Shown one piece after another: positions 10,314-19,067 of a stretch of 64,000 bases of DNA. The translations under genes were made by a program, and so were the position numbers. The DNA comes from Denitratisoma sp. (GTDB lineage Bacteria > Pseudomonadota > Gammaproteobacteria > Burkholderiales > Rhodocyclaceae): contig JAVSMO010000001.1 of NCBI GenBank assembly GCA_032027165.1, forward strand, positions 189,950 through 253,949, written 5' to 3'. Position 1 is the first letter of the stretch. The number at the start of each line of letters is the position of its first letter. Below the pieces are notes generated by a model, which was not told where the DNA came from, ran no database searches, and saw only the letters and a list, made by a program, of their open reading frames with translations.

Positions 10314-12689
10314 ATGAGTGCGGTGCTTGGTTCGACTCAGGATTCTGGAGGCGGGGGCGATGTCGCCAGCCGCCTGTCTTTCTTCAAGAACCTCCAGACA
10401 GTCACCAACAAGATCCATGCGACGGCCAACATCGACGAGATCATGCTCGAGTTGTCGCAGGATATCTGTACGTTGTTCAACGCGGATCGGCTGACCATTT
10501 ACTCGATCAGCGAGGACAAGTCATCCATCGTCTCCAAGGTCAAGACCGGCCTCAATTCCTTCAAGGACCTGCGGCTGCCGATCGCCGACCAGAGCATCGC
10601 CGGCTTCGTTGCGCTGTCGAAAAAGCTGGCCAATATCAGCGACGTCTACGACGAGGCGGAACTGAAGTCGCACACACCCAGCCTGCGCTTCCTGCAGGAG
10701 GTGGATAAGCGTACCGGCTACCGCACCAAGCAGATGTTGGTGGCCCCGATTACCGACGCGCAAAGCGGTGAGTTGCTCGGGGTGGTCCAGCTCATCAACA
10801 ACAAGTCCGGAGCGCCTTTCTCCCAAGTGGCAGAGGAGGGAGTAAAAGGACTGTGCGAAACGCTGGCCATTGCATTCACCCAGCGCCAGAAGCCGGCGCA
10901 TGTCGTCAAATCGAAATATGACCATCTGGTCGCCGATGCCGTGCTTTCGGCTGCCGAGTTTGATCTTGCCACGCGTTCTGCGCGGCGCAAGGGCATGGAT
11001 ATCGAAGAGGTTTTGCAGCATGAATTCCAGGTCAAGCAGGCGGCGATCGGCTCCGCGCTGTCAAAGTTCTTCGGCGTGCCCTATGAACCCTTCAAGGGCG
11101 ATCGCATCAAGCCGATGGATCTGCTGAAAAACCTCAAGCGGGATTACGTCGAGGAAAACCAGTGGTTGCCGATCGAGGAAACGAAGGAAGGCGTCGTCAT
11201 CCTGACGATGGATCCCGAGCAGGTCAAAAGCTCACGCATCGTCAACAACGTCTTTCCGAAGAACAAGCTGGTCTTCCGCGTCACCACCATCCAGGAATTC
11301 AAGCAGACGCTCGACCAGTTCTATGGCGCCGCCGCCGATTATGGCTCGGTTGGCGATCTTCTTTCCGGCATGGACGAAGGGGAGGAGGGCGGTGGCGAGC
11401 TGACCGGAGAAGACCTTTCTGCGGCAGCGGACAACGAACTGGTCAAGCTCGTCAACAAGATCATCATCGATGCCTACAATCAGGGCGCATCGGATATTCA
11501 TATCGAGCCGCGGCCGGGCAAGGACAAGACCATCATCCGCTTCCGCAAGGACGGCTCGCTGGCGAACTACATCGAGATTCCGGCAAGCTACCGCAATGCC
11601 CTGGCAGCGCGCATCAAGATCATGTGCGATCTGGATATATCCGAGCGTCGCAAGCCCCAGGACGGCAAGATCAAGTTCAAGAAGTTCGGTCCGCTCGATA
11701 TCGAACTGCGCGTTGCGACGATTCCATCGGCCGGCGGCGTCGAGGATGTGGTCATGCGCATCCTCGCCGCCGGGGAACCGATCCCGCTCGAGAAGCTCGG
11801 CATCCTGCCACACAACCTGGAGCGGTTGAAGAGCGTAGTCGAGAAGCCCTATGGACTGTTCTTCGTCTGCGGTCCGACCGGTTCGGGAAAGACAACCACG
11901 CTGCATTCCGTTCTGAAACACCTGAATACGCCGGACACGAAGATATGGACGGCAGAAGACCCGGTCGAGATCACGCAGAAAGGGCTGCGGCAGGTCCAGA
12001 TCAACCGCAAGGCCGGACTGGATTTCGCCACCATCATGCGCGCCTTTCTGCGTGCCGACCCGGACATCATCATGGTTGGCGAGATGCGCGACAAGGAGAC
12101 CGTCTCCATCGGCATCGAGGCGTCGCTGACCGGCCACCTGGTGTTCGCCACGCTGCACACCAACAGCGCGCCCGAATCGATCACCCGCCTGCTCGACATG
12201 GGCATGGACCCCTTCAACTTTGCCGACGCCCTGCTCGGCATCCTGGCGCAGCGCCTGGGCAAGCGCTTGTGCGGAGAATGCAAGGAGGCCTACACCCCCT
12301 CAGGGGAGGAAATGAAGAGCCTGCTCACCGAGTACTGCGAGGAACTGCTCAACACCAGCACCTTCAAGAAGGATGCCAAGGCAGGCTACGAGACGGTGTA
12401 CAAGGAATGGGTGAAGAATTATGCCGACGACAAGGGACAGTTCAAGCTCTACAAACCGAAGGGCTGCGAAAAATGCAACAACACCGGCTACAAGGGGCGA
12501 GTCGGTTTGCACGAACTGATGGTGGGAACGGATAATGCCAAGAAGCTGATCCAGGAGCATGCTCGGGTTGCCGAGCTGGTCGCCTGCGCCCTGGAGGACG
12601 GCATGCGTACCCTGAAGCAGGATGGCATCGAGAAGGTGCTGCAGGGCATCACCGACATGAAGCAGGTTCGGGCGGTTTGCATCAAGTAA
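10314..12689 (+). CDS. GAF-domain-fused GspE/PilB-family secretion/pilus-assembly ATPase
   Basis: N-terminal GAF spans about aa 30-190, followed by a T2SSE_N-like domain. Walker A is GPTGSGKTTTL and Walker B region is IIMVGEMRD. Tetra-Cys motif CGEC...CEKC is typical of extension-type ATPases. Confidence 0.9.
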   Translation: MSAVLGSTQDSGGGGDVASRLSFFKNLQTVTNKIHATANIDEIMLELSQDICTLFNADRLTIYSISEDKSSIVSKVKTGLNSFKDLRLPIADQSIAGFVALSKKLANISDVYDEAELKSHTPSLRFLQEVDKRTGYRTKQMLVAPITDAQSGELLGVVQLINNKSGAPFSQVAEEGVKGLCETLAIAFTQRQKPAHVVKSKYDHLVADAVLSAAEFDLATRSARRKGMDIEEVLQHEFQVKQAAIGSALSKFFGVPYEPFKGDRIKPMDLLKNLKRDYVEENQWLPIEETKEGVVILTMDPEQVKSSRIVNNVFPKNKLVFRVTTIQEFKQTLDQFYGAAADYGSVGDLLSGMDEGEEGGGELTGEDLSAAADNELVKLVNKIIIDAYNQGASDIHIEPRPGKDKTIIRFRKDGSLANYIEIPASYRNALAARIKIMCDLDISERRKPQDGKIKFKKFGPLDIELRVATIPSAGGVEDVVMRILAAGEPIPLEKLGILPHNLERLKSVVEKPYGLFFVCGPTGSGKTTTLHSVLKHLNTPDTKIWTAEDPVEITQKGLRQVQINRKAGLDFATIMRAFLRADPDIIMVGEMRDKETVSIGIEASLTGHLVFATLHTNSAPESITRLLDMGMDPFNFADALLGILAQRLGKRLCGECKEAYTPSGEEMKSLLTEYCEELLNTSTFKKDAKAGYETVYKEWVKNYADDKGQFKLYKPKGCEKCNNTGYKGRVGLHELMVGTDNAKKLIQEHARVAELVACALEDGMRTLKQDGIEKVLQGITDMKQVRAVCIK

Positions 12690-14338
12690 GCGCCGTGGAC
12701 ACCATCGAGGACCTCTTTCGGCGGTTCGAGCAGCTCAACGAGATCGGCGCTGCCCTCTCCCACGAGCGGGATATCGGCAGGTTGCTCGAGAACATTCTGG
12801 TCGCTGCCAAAAACATCACCCACGCCGACGGCGGTACCCTCTACCGCATGACCGAGGGCGAGGCCAGCCTGCGTTTCGAGATCATGCGCAACGACAGCCT
12901 GAAGATCGCCCTGGGCGGCACCTCGGGCAACCCCATCCCCTTCCCGCCGTTGCCGTTGCGCACCGAGAGCGGCGAAGAGAACAACTCGATGGTGGCCGCC
13001 TACGCCGCCATCCACCAGAAGACCGTCAACATCGACGACGCCTACCAGGCGGAGGGCTTCGATTTCTCCGGCACGCGCAAATTCGACGAGCGCACCGGCT
13101 ACCGCTCGCAGTCGTTCCTGACGGTGCCGATGAAGAACCACGAGAACGCGGTGATCGGCGTGCTGCAACTGATCAACTCGATTGACCCGGACACGAAGCG
13201 GGTCGTGCCGTTCTCGGCCGCCGACCAGCAGCTGGCCGAATCGCTTGCCTCGCAGGCGGCCATTGCCCTGACCAACCGCCAGCTCATCACGCAGTTGGAG
13301 CAGCTGTTCGAATCCTTCATCCAGTTGATCAACGTGGCGATCGACGAGAAATCACCCTATACGGGCGGCCATTGCGAGCGCGTGCCGGTGCTCACCATGA
13401 TGCTGGCCGAAGCGGTGAACGAGACTAAAACCGGGCCGCTTGCCGACTTCGGCATGTCGGACAAGGACCGCTACGAACTGAAGATTGCCGGACTGCTGCA
13501 TGATTGCGGCAAGGTGACGACGCCGGTGCATGTGGTCGACAAGGCCACCAAGCTGCAGACGCTTTTCGATCGCATCCACCTGGTCGATACCCGCTTCGAG
13601 GTGCTCAAGCGCGATGCGCAGATCGCCATGCTCAAGGCCAAGCTGAACCTTCGCGATTCCCACGATTCGCGTGCGGAGGCCATGCTCGAAGAGGACCTCG
13701 TGCGCCATCTGCGCCAGATCGACGCCGACCGCGAGTTCCTGCGTCAGGCGAACATCGGCTCGGAGCTGATGACGCCGGAAGCCCAGGAGCGCGTGAAGAA
13801 GATCGGGACCGGCTACCGCTGGATGGACGTCGGTGGCAAATCCGCCAACTTCCTCACCGATGACGAACTGGAGAACCTCAACATTCGCGCCGGCACGCTG
13901 ACGCAGAAGGAACGCGAGACGATCAATTACCACATCGTCGCCACCAACAAGATGCTCGAGCAGTTGCCTTGGCCCAAGCACCTGAAAAACGTCCCGGAAT
14001 ACGCCGGCGGCCACCACGAACGCATGGACGGCAAAGGCTACCCGAAAGGGCTCACCCGCGAGCAGATGAGCGTGCAGGCCCGCGTCATGGGCATTGCCGA
14101 CATCTTCGAGGCCCTGACTGCCCGCGACCGGCCCTACAAGCGCGGCAAGACGCTATCCGAATCGCTGGAGATTCTCGGCAACTTCAAGCTCAACGGCCAC
14201 ATCGATCCGGATCTTTTCGATGTCTTCGTGCGGCAAAAGGTGTATCTGAAGTACGCTGAGCAATTCCTCGACCCGGAACAGATCGACGAAGTGGATGAAT
14301 CGAAAATTCCAGGCTACCAAGCACGGAATGCTGCTTAG
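12677..14338 (+). CDS. GAF-domain HD-GYP phosphohydrolase (predicted c-di-GMP phosphodiesterase)
   Basis: N-terminal GAF, then HD (LLHDCGK) and GGHHERMDGKGYPKGL (HHExxDGxGYP). The start is uncertain: TTG 12677 overlaps the upstream stop by 13 nt; GTG 12695 is the alternative. Confidence 0.88.
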   Translation: MHQVSAVDTIEDLFRRFEQLNEIGAALSHERDIGRLLENILVAAKNITHADGGTLYRMTEGEASLRFEIMRNDSLKIALGGTSGNPIPFPPLPLRTESGEENNSMVAAYAAIHQKTVNIDDAYQAEGFDFSGTRKFDERTGYRSQSFLTVPMKNHENAVIGVLQLINSIDPDTKRVVPFSAADQQLAESLASQAAIALTNRQLITQLEQLFESFIQLINVAIDEKSPYTGGHCERVPVLTMMLAEAVNETKTGPLADFGMSDKDRYELKIAGLLHDCGKVTTPVHVVDKATKLQTLFDRIHLVDTRFEVLKRDAQIAMLKAKLNLRDSHDSRAEAMLEEDLVRHLRQIDADREFLRQANIGSELMTPEAQERVKKIGTGYRWMDVGGKSANFLTDDELENLNIRAGTLTQKERETINYHIVATNKMLEQLPWPKHLKNVPEYAGGHHERMDGKGYPKGLTREQMSVQARVMGIADIFEALTARDRPYKRGKTLSESLEILGNFKLNGHIDPDLFDVFVRQKVYLKYAEQFLDPEQIDEVDESKIPGYQARNAA

Positions 14339-14343
14339 CAGCA

Positions 14344-14366
14344 GAAGTGACGCGGGGCGTCACTTC
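14344..14366 (+). terminator. Possible terminator hairpin after the HD-GYP gene (no U-tract)
   Basis: Perfect 10-bp stem GAAGTGACGC / GCGTCACTTC with a GGG loop, 6 nt after the stop. It lacks a T-run, so function is uncertain. Confidence 0.3.
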
Positions 14367-14444
14367 CTGCCCTTGCAATTCATGTCCATGCACCTCTCAA
14401 GCATTCATCTTAAATAAAACAAAGCATTAAATCATTACCCCATC

Positions 14445-14460
14445 TGGCACGACTATTGCG
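14445..14460 (+). promoter_or_regulatory. Sigma54 (-24/-12) promoter for pilA
   Basis: TGGCAC-N5-TTGC (TGGCACGACTATTGCG) with GG-N10-GC spacing, about 72 nt upstream of the pilA ATG. pilA is RpoN/PilR-dependent in several proteobacteria. Confidence 0.6.
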
Positions 14461-14530
14461 TAAAATCCCACGTGTGTCGGGAGCGTCATAAGATCCCTGC
14501 CATACTTTCCAACTGCAGAAGGAGAACTTC

Positions 14531-14977
14531 ATGAAGACGATTCAAAAAGGCTTTACCCTGATCGAACTGATGATCGTGGTCGCGATCATCGGCATCTTGG
14601 CCGCCGTTGCACTGCCGGCCTATCAGGACTACACGGTTCGCGCCAAGGTTTCGGAAGGTCTGATCGCCGCTTCGTCGGCGCGTACCGCCGTTTCCGAAGT
14701 CTATGCGAATGCCGGCCGGATGCTGCCCAGCGCTGCCTCGATGAACGTGCAGACGCAGGATTCGCAGTGGGTGGCAAGCGTGGGTTGGACGTATACCGAC
14801 GATAATTCAGGCGATATCGTCGTGACGCTCAAGGACGTTGCCGGTTTGGGCGCAGCGAGAAATACCACCCTGATTCTCCGTGCCTCTGGCACTTCGACGA
14901 CCGGCGCAGTGGGCTGGCTGTGCGGCAAGGGCACGATCAACTCGAAGTACCTGCCGGGTTCCTGCAAGGACTTCTGA
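14531..14977 (+). CDS. pilA: Type IVa major pilin
   Basis: AAGGAG RBS. Short leader MKTIQKG, then [27 protein letters not shown] (Phe1, Glu5). C-terminal disulfide loop [15 protein letters not shown]. Confidence 0.92.
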   Translation: MKTIQKGFTLIELMIVVAIIGILAAVALPAYQDYTVRAKVSEGLIAASSARTAVSEVYANAGRMLPSAASMNVQTQDSQWVASVGWTYTDDNSGDIVVTLKDVAGLGAARNTTLILRASGTSTTGAVGWLCGKGTINSKYLPGSCKDF

Positions 14978-14997
14978 TCGATCCGGTCTGACGAGAG

Positions 14998-15030
14998 GCC
15001 CCCTGGCGATCCCAGGGGGCTTTTTCTTTC
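14998..15030 (+). terminator. Rho-independent terminator after pilA
   Basis: GCCCCCTGG (14998-15006), loop CGATC, CCAGGGGGC (15012-15020), then TTTTTCTTTC. Confidence 0.8.
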
Positions 15031-15039
15031 TGCCTCCCC

Positions 15040-16962
15040 GTGCGAACTTCAGCCCTTGCCGCGCTTGCGACGTTCGTTGTCTGTACGCTTCTGGCGGCGC
15101 TTTACGCACCGGGGCTGCAGGGCGGCTTTTTCTTCGATGACGAGCCGAGCATTCTGTATGCCGAAGGCGTTCGCCTCGATCGTCTCGACGCAGGTTCTCT
15201 GCGCGAAGCATTCGCCAGCGGACGCTCCGGCCCCTCGGGCCGTCCCGTCGCCCAGTTGAGCTTCGCCCTCAATTACCATTTCAGCGGCTTCGAGCCCATC
15301 GCCTTCAAGGCGACCAACCTCGCCATCCATGCCGCCTGCGGGGTGCTGGTTTTCCTGTTGAGCCTGCGCCTCTACGCGGCGTCGCGCGTCCCCAAGGCAA
15401 TGGTGTTTGCCGGCGTTGTGGCCGTGATCTGGCTGTTGCATCCGCTGCAACTTACGCCGGTCCTGCACGTCGTGCAGCGCATGACCAGCCTGTCGGCCCT
15501 GTTTCTCCTGGCTGCCCTGCTATCTCATGTGGTCGCGCGCGAGCGTGGTGGCCGCGGCGGCGCAACCCTTCTCATATTGGCCTGGGGCGTGCTGTGGCCC
15601 TTATCGTTTTTCAGCAAGGAAAGCGGTGCGCTTTTCCCGTTCTTCGTGCTGGCTTGGGAGCTGATCCTGCGGCGCAATGAACGCGGCAGTCTGGACGGCT
15701 TCGCGCGCGTCTTCGCCGTACTGGCTGGGCTGACTTTGCTCGGGGCAGCGATCTACCTGGCGCTGCCTTCCGGCCGATGGCTGTGGGCGGGCTATGCGGT
15801 TCGCGACTTTTCCCCTTTCGAACGGATGCTTACGGAAGGGCGCGTGCTGTGGTTCTACATCGGGCTCGTTGCCCTGCCGCGCCTGGAAGCGTTAGGACTC
15901 TACCACGACGACATCGCCCTCTCGACCGGCTTGCTTACGCCCTGGACGACGCTGCCGGCGTGGGTGGGCCTGGTCGGCCTGGCCTGGCTGGCCTGGCGGC
16001 TCCGTTCGCGGGCGCCGCTTGCGTCTTTCGGCATTGCCTGGTTCTTTGTCGGCCATGCGCTGGAGTCCACCCTCTTGCCGCTGGAAATCGCTCACGAGCA
16101 TCGCAACTACCTGCCGCTGCTCGGCATCCTGCTGGCTGGCGTCTATGGACTGAGCCGCCTGTTGGCGGCACCCGGGCCACGCAGGACGCTCGGCCTCACG
16201 CTGGCCGTGGCGGTGCTGCTCTACCTGCCATTCGTTACCGCATTGCGGGCACACCAGTTCAGCGGAGAACTCCTGCGCACGCAAATCGAGGCGCAGCATC
16301 ATAGAGGGTCGCCGCGGGCCCAGTACGATGCGGGGCGCGTACTGGCTTCGCAACTCGAGGCGATGCAGACCGATTCTCCGGCCTATTCGTTCGCAAGGGC
16401 GCATTTCGAGCGGGCAGGCGAGCTGAATCCCGGCTTCAAGCTCGGTTTGCTCGGGCTCATTTATCTGAACTGCCGCGCCGGGATACCGGCTGAAACAGGC
16501 TGGGTTGCGGAATTGGCCCGCCGCTTGCGCAACACGCCGTTCGGCCCGGGCGACAGCGGGGTATTGCTCCAGTTGAAGGACCTCTCGATCTCGGGCACCC
16601 TCTGTCTCAAACGAGCGGATGTGGAGCAACTTTTTGTCGCTGCGCTGGACAACCCGACCGCCGCCCCGCATCACCGTGTCGACATGCACTCATGGCTGGC
16701 GGATTACCTGGTGCTGGGTGCGCGCGATCTGCCTGCCGCCCAGATCGCACTGGAGCGCGCCCTGGCTCTTGCCCCGTATAATTCCGGCAACCGCCTTAAG
16801 CGGGCGCAACTGGCCATTCTCCTGGGCCGTCGGGCAGAAGCCCTGGAGATTCTGGCCAAGGTGGAGAAGCTGCCCTTGAAACGTGCCGAAAGGGAATTGA
16901 TGGCCGAATTGAGGCGTTGCCTCGACAGCACACAGGCTGGTGTCGCCTGCGTCGGCAAATAG
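15040..16962 (+). CDS. Polytopic membrane GT-C-like glycosyltransferase (PMT/TMTC/ArnT-like) with C-terminal TPR-like domain; candidate pilin glycosyltransferase
   Basis: 640 aa. After the first hydrophobic helix comes the acidic motif GGFFFDDEPS. About 10 hydrophobic segments run to about aa 400, followed by a soluble helical-repeat C-terminus. Starts 10 nt after the pilA terminator. Confidence 0.55.
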   Translation: MRTSALAALATFVVCTLLAALYAPGLQGGFFFDDEPSILYAEGVRLDRLDAGSLREAFASGRSGPSGRPVAQLSFALNYHFSGFEPIAFKATNLAIHAACGVLVFLLSLRLYAASRVPKAMVFAGVVAVIWLLHPLQLTPVLHVVQRMTSLSALFLLAALLSHVVARERGGRGGATLLILAWGVLWPLSFFSKESGALFPFFVLAWELILRRNERGSLDGFARVFAVLAGLTLLGAAIYLALPSGRWLWAGYAVRDFSPFERMLTEGRVLWFYIGLVALPRLEALGLYHDDIALSTGLLTPWTTLPAWVGLVGLAWLAWRLRSRAPLASFGIAWFFVGHALESTLLPLEIAHEHRNYLPLLGILLAGVYGLSRLLAAPGPRRTLGLTLAVAVLLYLPFVTALRAHQFSGELLRTQIEAQHHRGSPRAQYDAGRVLASQLEAMQTDSPAYSFARAHFERAGELNPGFKLGLLGLIYLNCRAGIPAETGWVAELARRLRNTPFGPGDSGVLLQLKDLSISGTLCLKRADVEQLFVAALDNPTAAPHHRVDMHSWLADYLVLGARDLPAAQIALERALALAPYNSGNRLKRAQLAILLGRRAEALEILAKVEKLPLKRAERELMAELRRCLDSTQAGVACVGK

Positions 16963-17047
16963 CCGTTCCGGCGCTGGAGCGGGAATCAGTAGAATTTCAT
17001 TTTGCAGTGGCGGCTGCATTTTATGAATAGGCCTTGGGAGCGCATGC

Positions 17048-17347
17048 ATGATCCTGAGTTGGTTCGATGCAAAGGCGGCAGTCGATTTCGGGCACGGCCT
17101 TGCCGACTTCTATGACAAGCAATCCAGACTCAATGCGAAGGCGAGCAATCAAAAGATTGCGGATAAGCAGCAGAAACTCGTGGCGCAGCTTTTGCTGAAG
17201 GCCCGGCAGTTCAATGCCGCGCATAAGTTGAATGCGTATCAAAAGGCGAAACTGGGTAATGCCTTCAAGTGGAAATTGCATGACATGGGTCACGATACTG
17301 AGCTTGTCGATGTGATGACCAAGGACCTCATGTTTGCCTTGCGATAG
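17048..17347 (+). CDS. Hypothetical small Lys-rich helical protein
   Basis: 99-aa ORF in the lowest-GC part of the window. GGGAG lies 8 nt upstream of the ATG. No motif recognised. Confidence 0.4.
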   Translation: MILSWFDAKAAVDFGHGLADFYDKQSRLNAKASNQKIADKQQKLVAQLLLKARQFNAAHKLNAYQKAKLGNAFKWKLHDMGHDTELVDVMTKDLMFALR

Positions 17348-17381
17348 CGCTGCATCCAGCGGGAAGTACTTGGGTGATTCG

Positions 17382-19037
17382 ATGTTCAAGTGGTTCAGGA
17401 AGGTTTTTCTGAGCAAAGGCAGCAGCGAGCCTGCAACAGGACAAGAGGCGCCTGTTATGACTGCCTATCGGGTGGACGAGGAGGTACAACAGGCCTACCG
17501 CCTGCTTTCCGAAGGCCAGCCGAGGCAGGCGGAGGCATGCTGTCGGCGCGCCCTCAAGGCGGATGCAGGTGTCGCAGAAGCCCACTACTTGCTCGGCTCT
17601 GCGCTGAGGGCTCAAGGTCGCCTGCTGGAGGCGATCGCGAGTTACCGTCATGCCACTGTACTCAGGCCGGATTACGCTCAAGCGCATTTGGACATGGGGG
17701 AAGTGCTTTCCGGGCAGGGCGATCTCGACGCGGCAATCATCGCTTTCAGGGCTGCCGCTTCGCTGCTTCCGGATTATGCGGAGTTGCATTCGAACCTGGG
17801 TACGCTCTACCGGAAGCGCGGCCATGCCGGCCAGGCGGAGGCCTGCTATCGGGAGGCGATCAAGCTCAAGCCCGATTTCTACGCCGCGCATTTCAATCTC
17901 GGAAATTTGCTGCTGAATCAGGGACGATTGTCCGAAGCCGAGGTCTGCTATCAGGCTGCCATTGCATGCAAGCCCGACTTGGTTGCGGCCCATCACAATC
18001 TGGGCGACGTCTTGAAGGATCAGGGCAGGTTCGATGAGGCGATGTCCTGCTACGAACGGGCGCTGACGGTTTCCCCCGATTACCCGGCATCCAGATGGCA
18101 CCAGACGATGCTGTCGCTGCTGACGGGCGACTTGCAAAGAGGCCTTCCGGGCTATGAATATCGCTGGAAGCTGGCGAAGGAGGAACAGCCGCGCGACTTT
18201 ACGCAGCCTTTGTGGCTGGGCGACGCGGATATTCGCGGAAAGACCATCCTTTTGTACGCCGAAAAAGGTTTCGGCGATACGCTCCAGTTCGTGCGTTATG
18301 CAGCACAGGTTGCGGCACTGGGCGCCAAGGTCATCCTGGAAGTGCAGGCACCGCTCAAGTCGCTGCTGTCAGCGTACCCGGGCATGGATAAGGTTCTTGC
18401 GAGAGGCGAGCCCCTGCCGCCATTTGAGTACCAGTGCCCCCTGATGAGCCTCCCCCTGGCGTTCAAGACGGTAGTTGCCACGATCCCCGCTATGAACCGC
18501 TATATTTCAGCGCCGTCGGATCGCGTCACGTACTGGGCCGGCCAAATGAAGCAATACCGTTCTCCGCGCATCGGCCTCGTCTGGTCCGGCAATACCGGGC
18601 AGTCGAACGACATGAACCGCTCGATGACCCTGAAGGTACTGGCTCCCCTGATATCTGGCTCGCGCCATCATTTCTTCGCCTTGGTGAAGGAGGTGCGGGA
18701 GCACGACAGGACGCTGCTGCGGTCAATGCCCAATGTGACCGACCTTTCCCAGCAACTGACGGATTTCAGCGAGACGGCAGCGATTCTCGAGAATCTGGAT
18801 TTGCTGATTGCCGTTGACACCTCGGTGGCCCATCTGGCCGGTGCACTTGGGAAACCTGCTTGGATAATGCTGTCTTACGTGCCGGACTGGCGCTGGTTCA
18901 TCAACCGCCCGAATAGCCCCTGGTACCCGTCCGTGCGGCTGTTCAGGCAGCCTGCGCACAACGATTGGGGAAGCGTCGTCGAGTTGCTGAGGACTGAGCT
19001 AGATCTGCTTATTGCGGACAGGAGCGAATCTTGCTGA
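17382..19037 (+). CDS. TPR-repeat protein fused to a GT9-like (heptosyltransferase-fold) glycosyltransferase domain
   Basis: N-terminal half holds about 6 TPRs (A..Y..ALK..PD repeats). C-terminal half has GFGDTLQFVRY...VDTSVAHLAGALGKP, typical of the ADP-heptose transferase family. ATG 17382 is chosen over the upstream ORF-track start. Confidence 0.75.
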   Translation: MFKWFRKVFLSKGSSEPATGQEAPVMTAYRVDEEVQQAYRLLSEGQPRQAEACCRRALKADAGVAEAHYLLGSALRAQGRLLEAIASYRHATVLRPDYAQAHLDMGEVLSGQGDLDAAIIAFRAAASLLPDYAELHSNLGTLYRKRGHAGQAEACYREAIKLKPDFYAAHFNLGNLLLNQGRLSEAEVCYQAAIACKPDLVAAHHNLGDVLKDQGRFDEAMSCYERALTVSPDYPASRWHQTMLSLLTGDLQRGLPGYEYRWKLAKEEQPRDFTQPLWLGDADIRGKTILLYAEKGFGDTLQFVRYAAQVAALGAKVILEVQAPLKSLLSAYPGMDKVLARGEPLPPFEYQCPLMSLPLAFKTVVATIPAMNRYISAPSDRVTYWAGQMKQYRSPRIGLVWSGNTGQSNDMNRSMTLKVLAPLISGSRHHFFALVKEVREHDRTLLRSMPNVTDLSQQLTDFSETAAILENLDLLIAVDTSVAHLAGALGKPAWIMLSYVPDWRWFINRPNSPWYPSVRLFRQPAHNDWGSVVELLRTELDLLIADRSESC

Positions 19038-19067
19038 AATCCCTTCCTTATACGGCGGATATGGAAT

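Noticed and set aside
11162-12535. 457-aa +2 frame ORF inside the GspE-like gene
   Set aside because: It is an out-of-frame overlap with a gene that has Walker motifs. The translation is an Arg/Gly/Pro-rich artefact.
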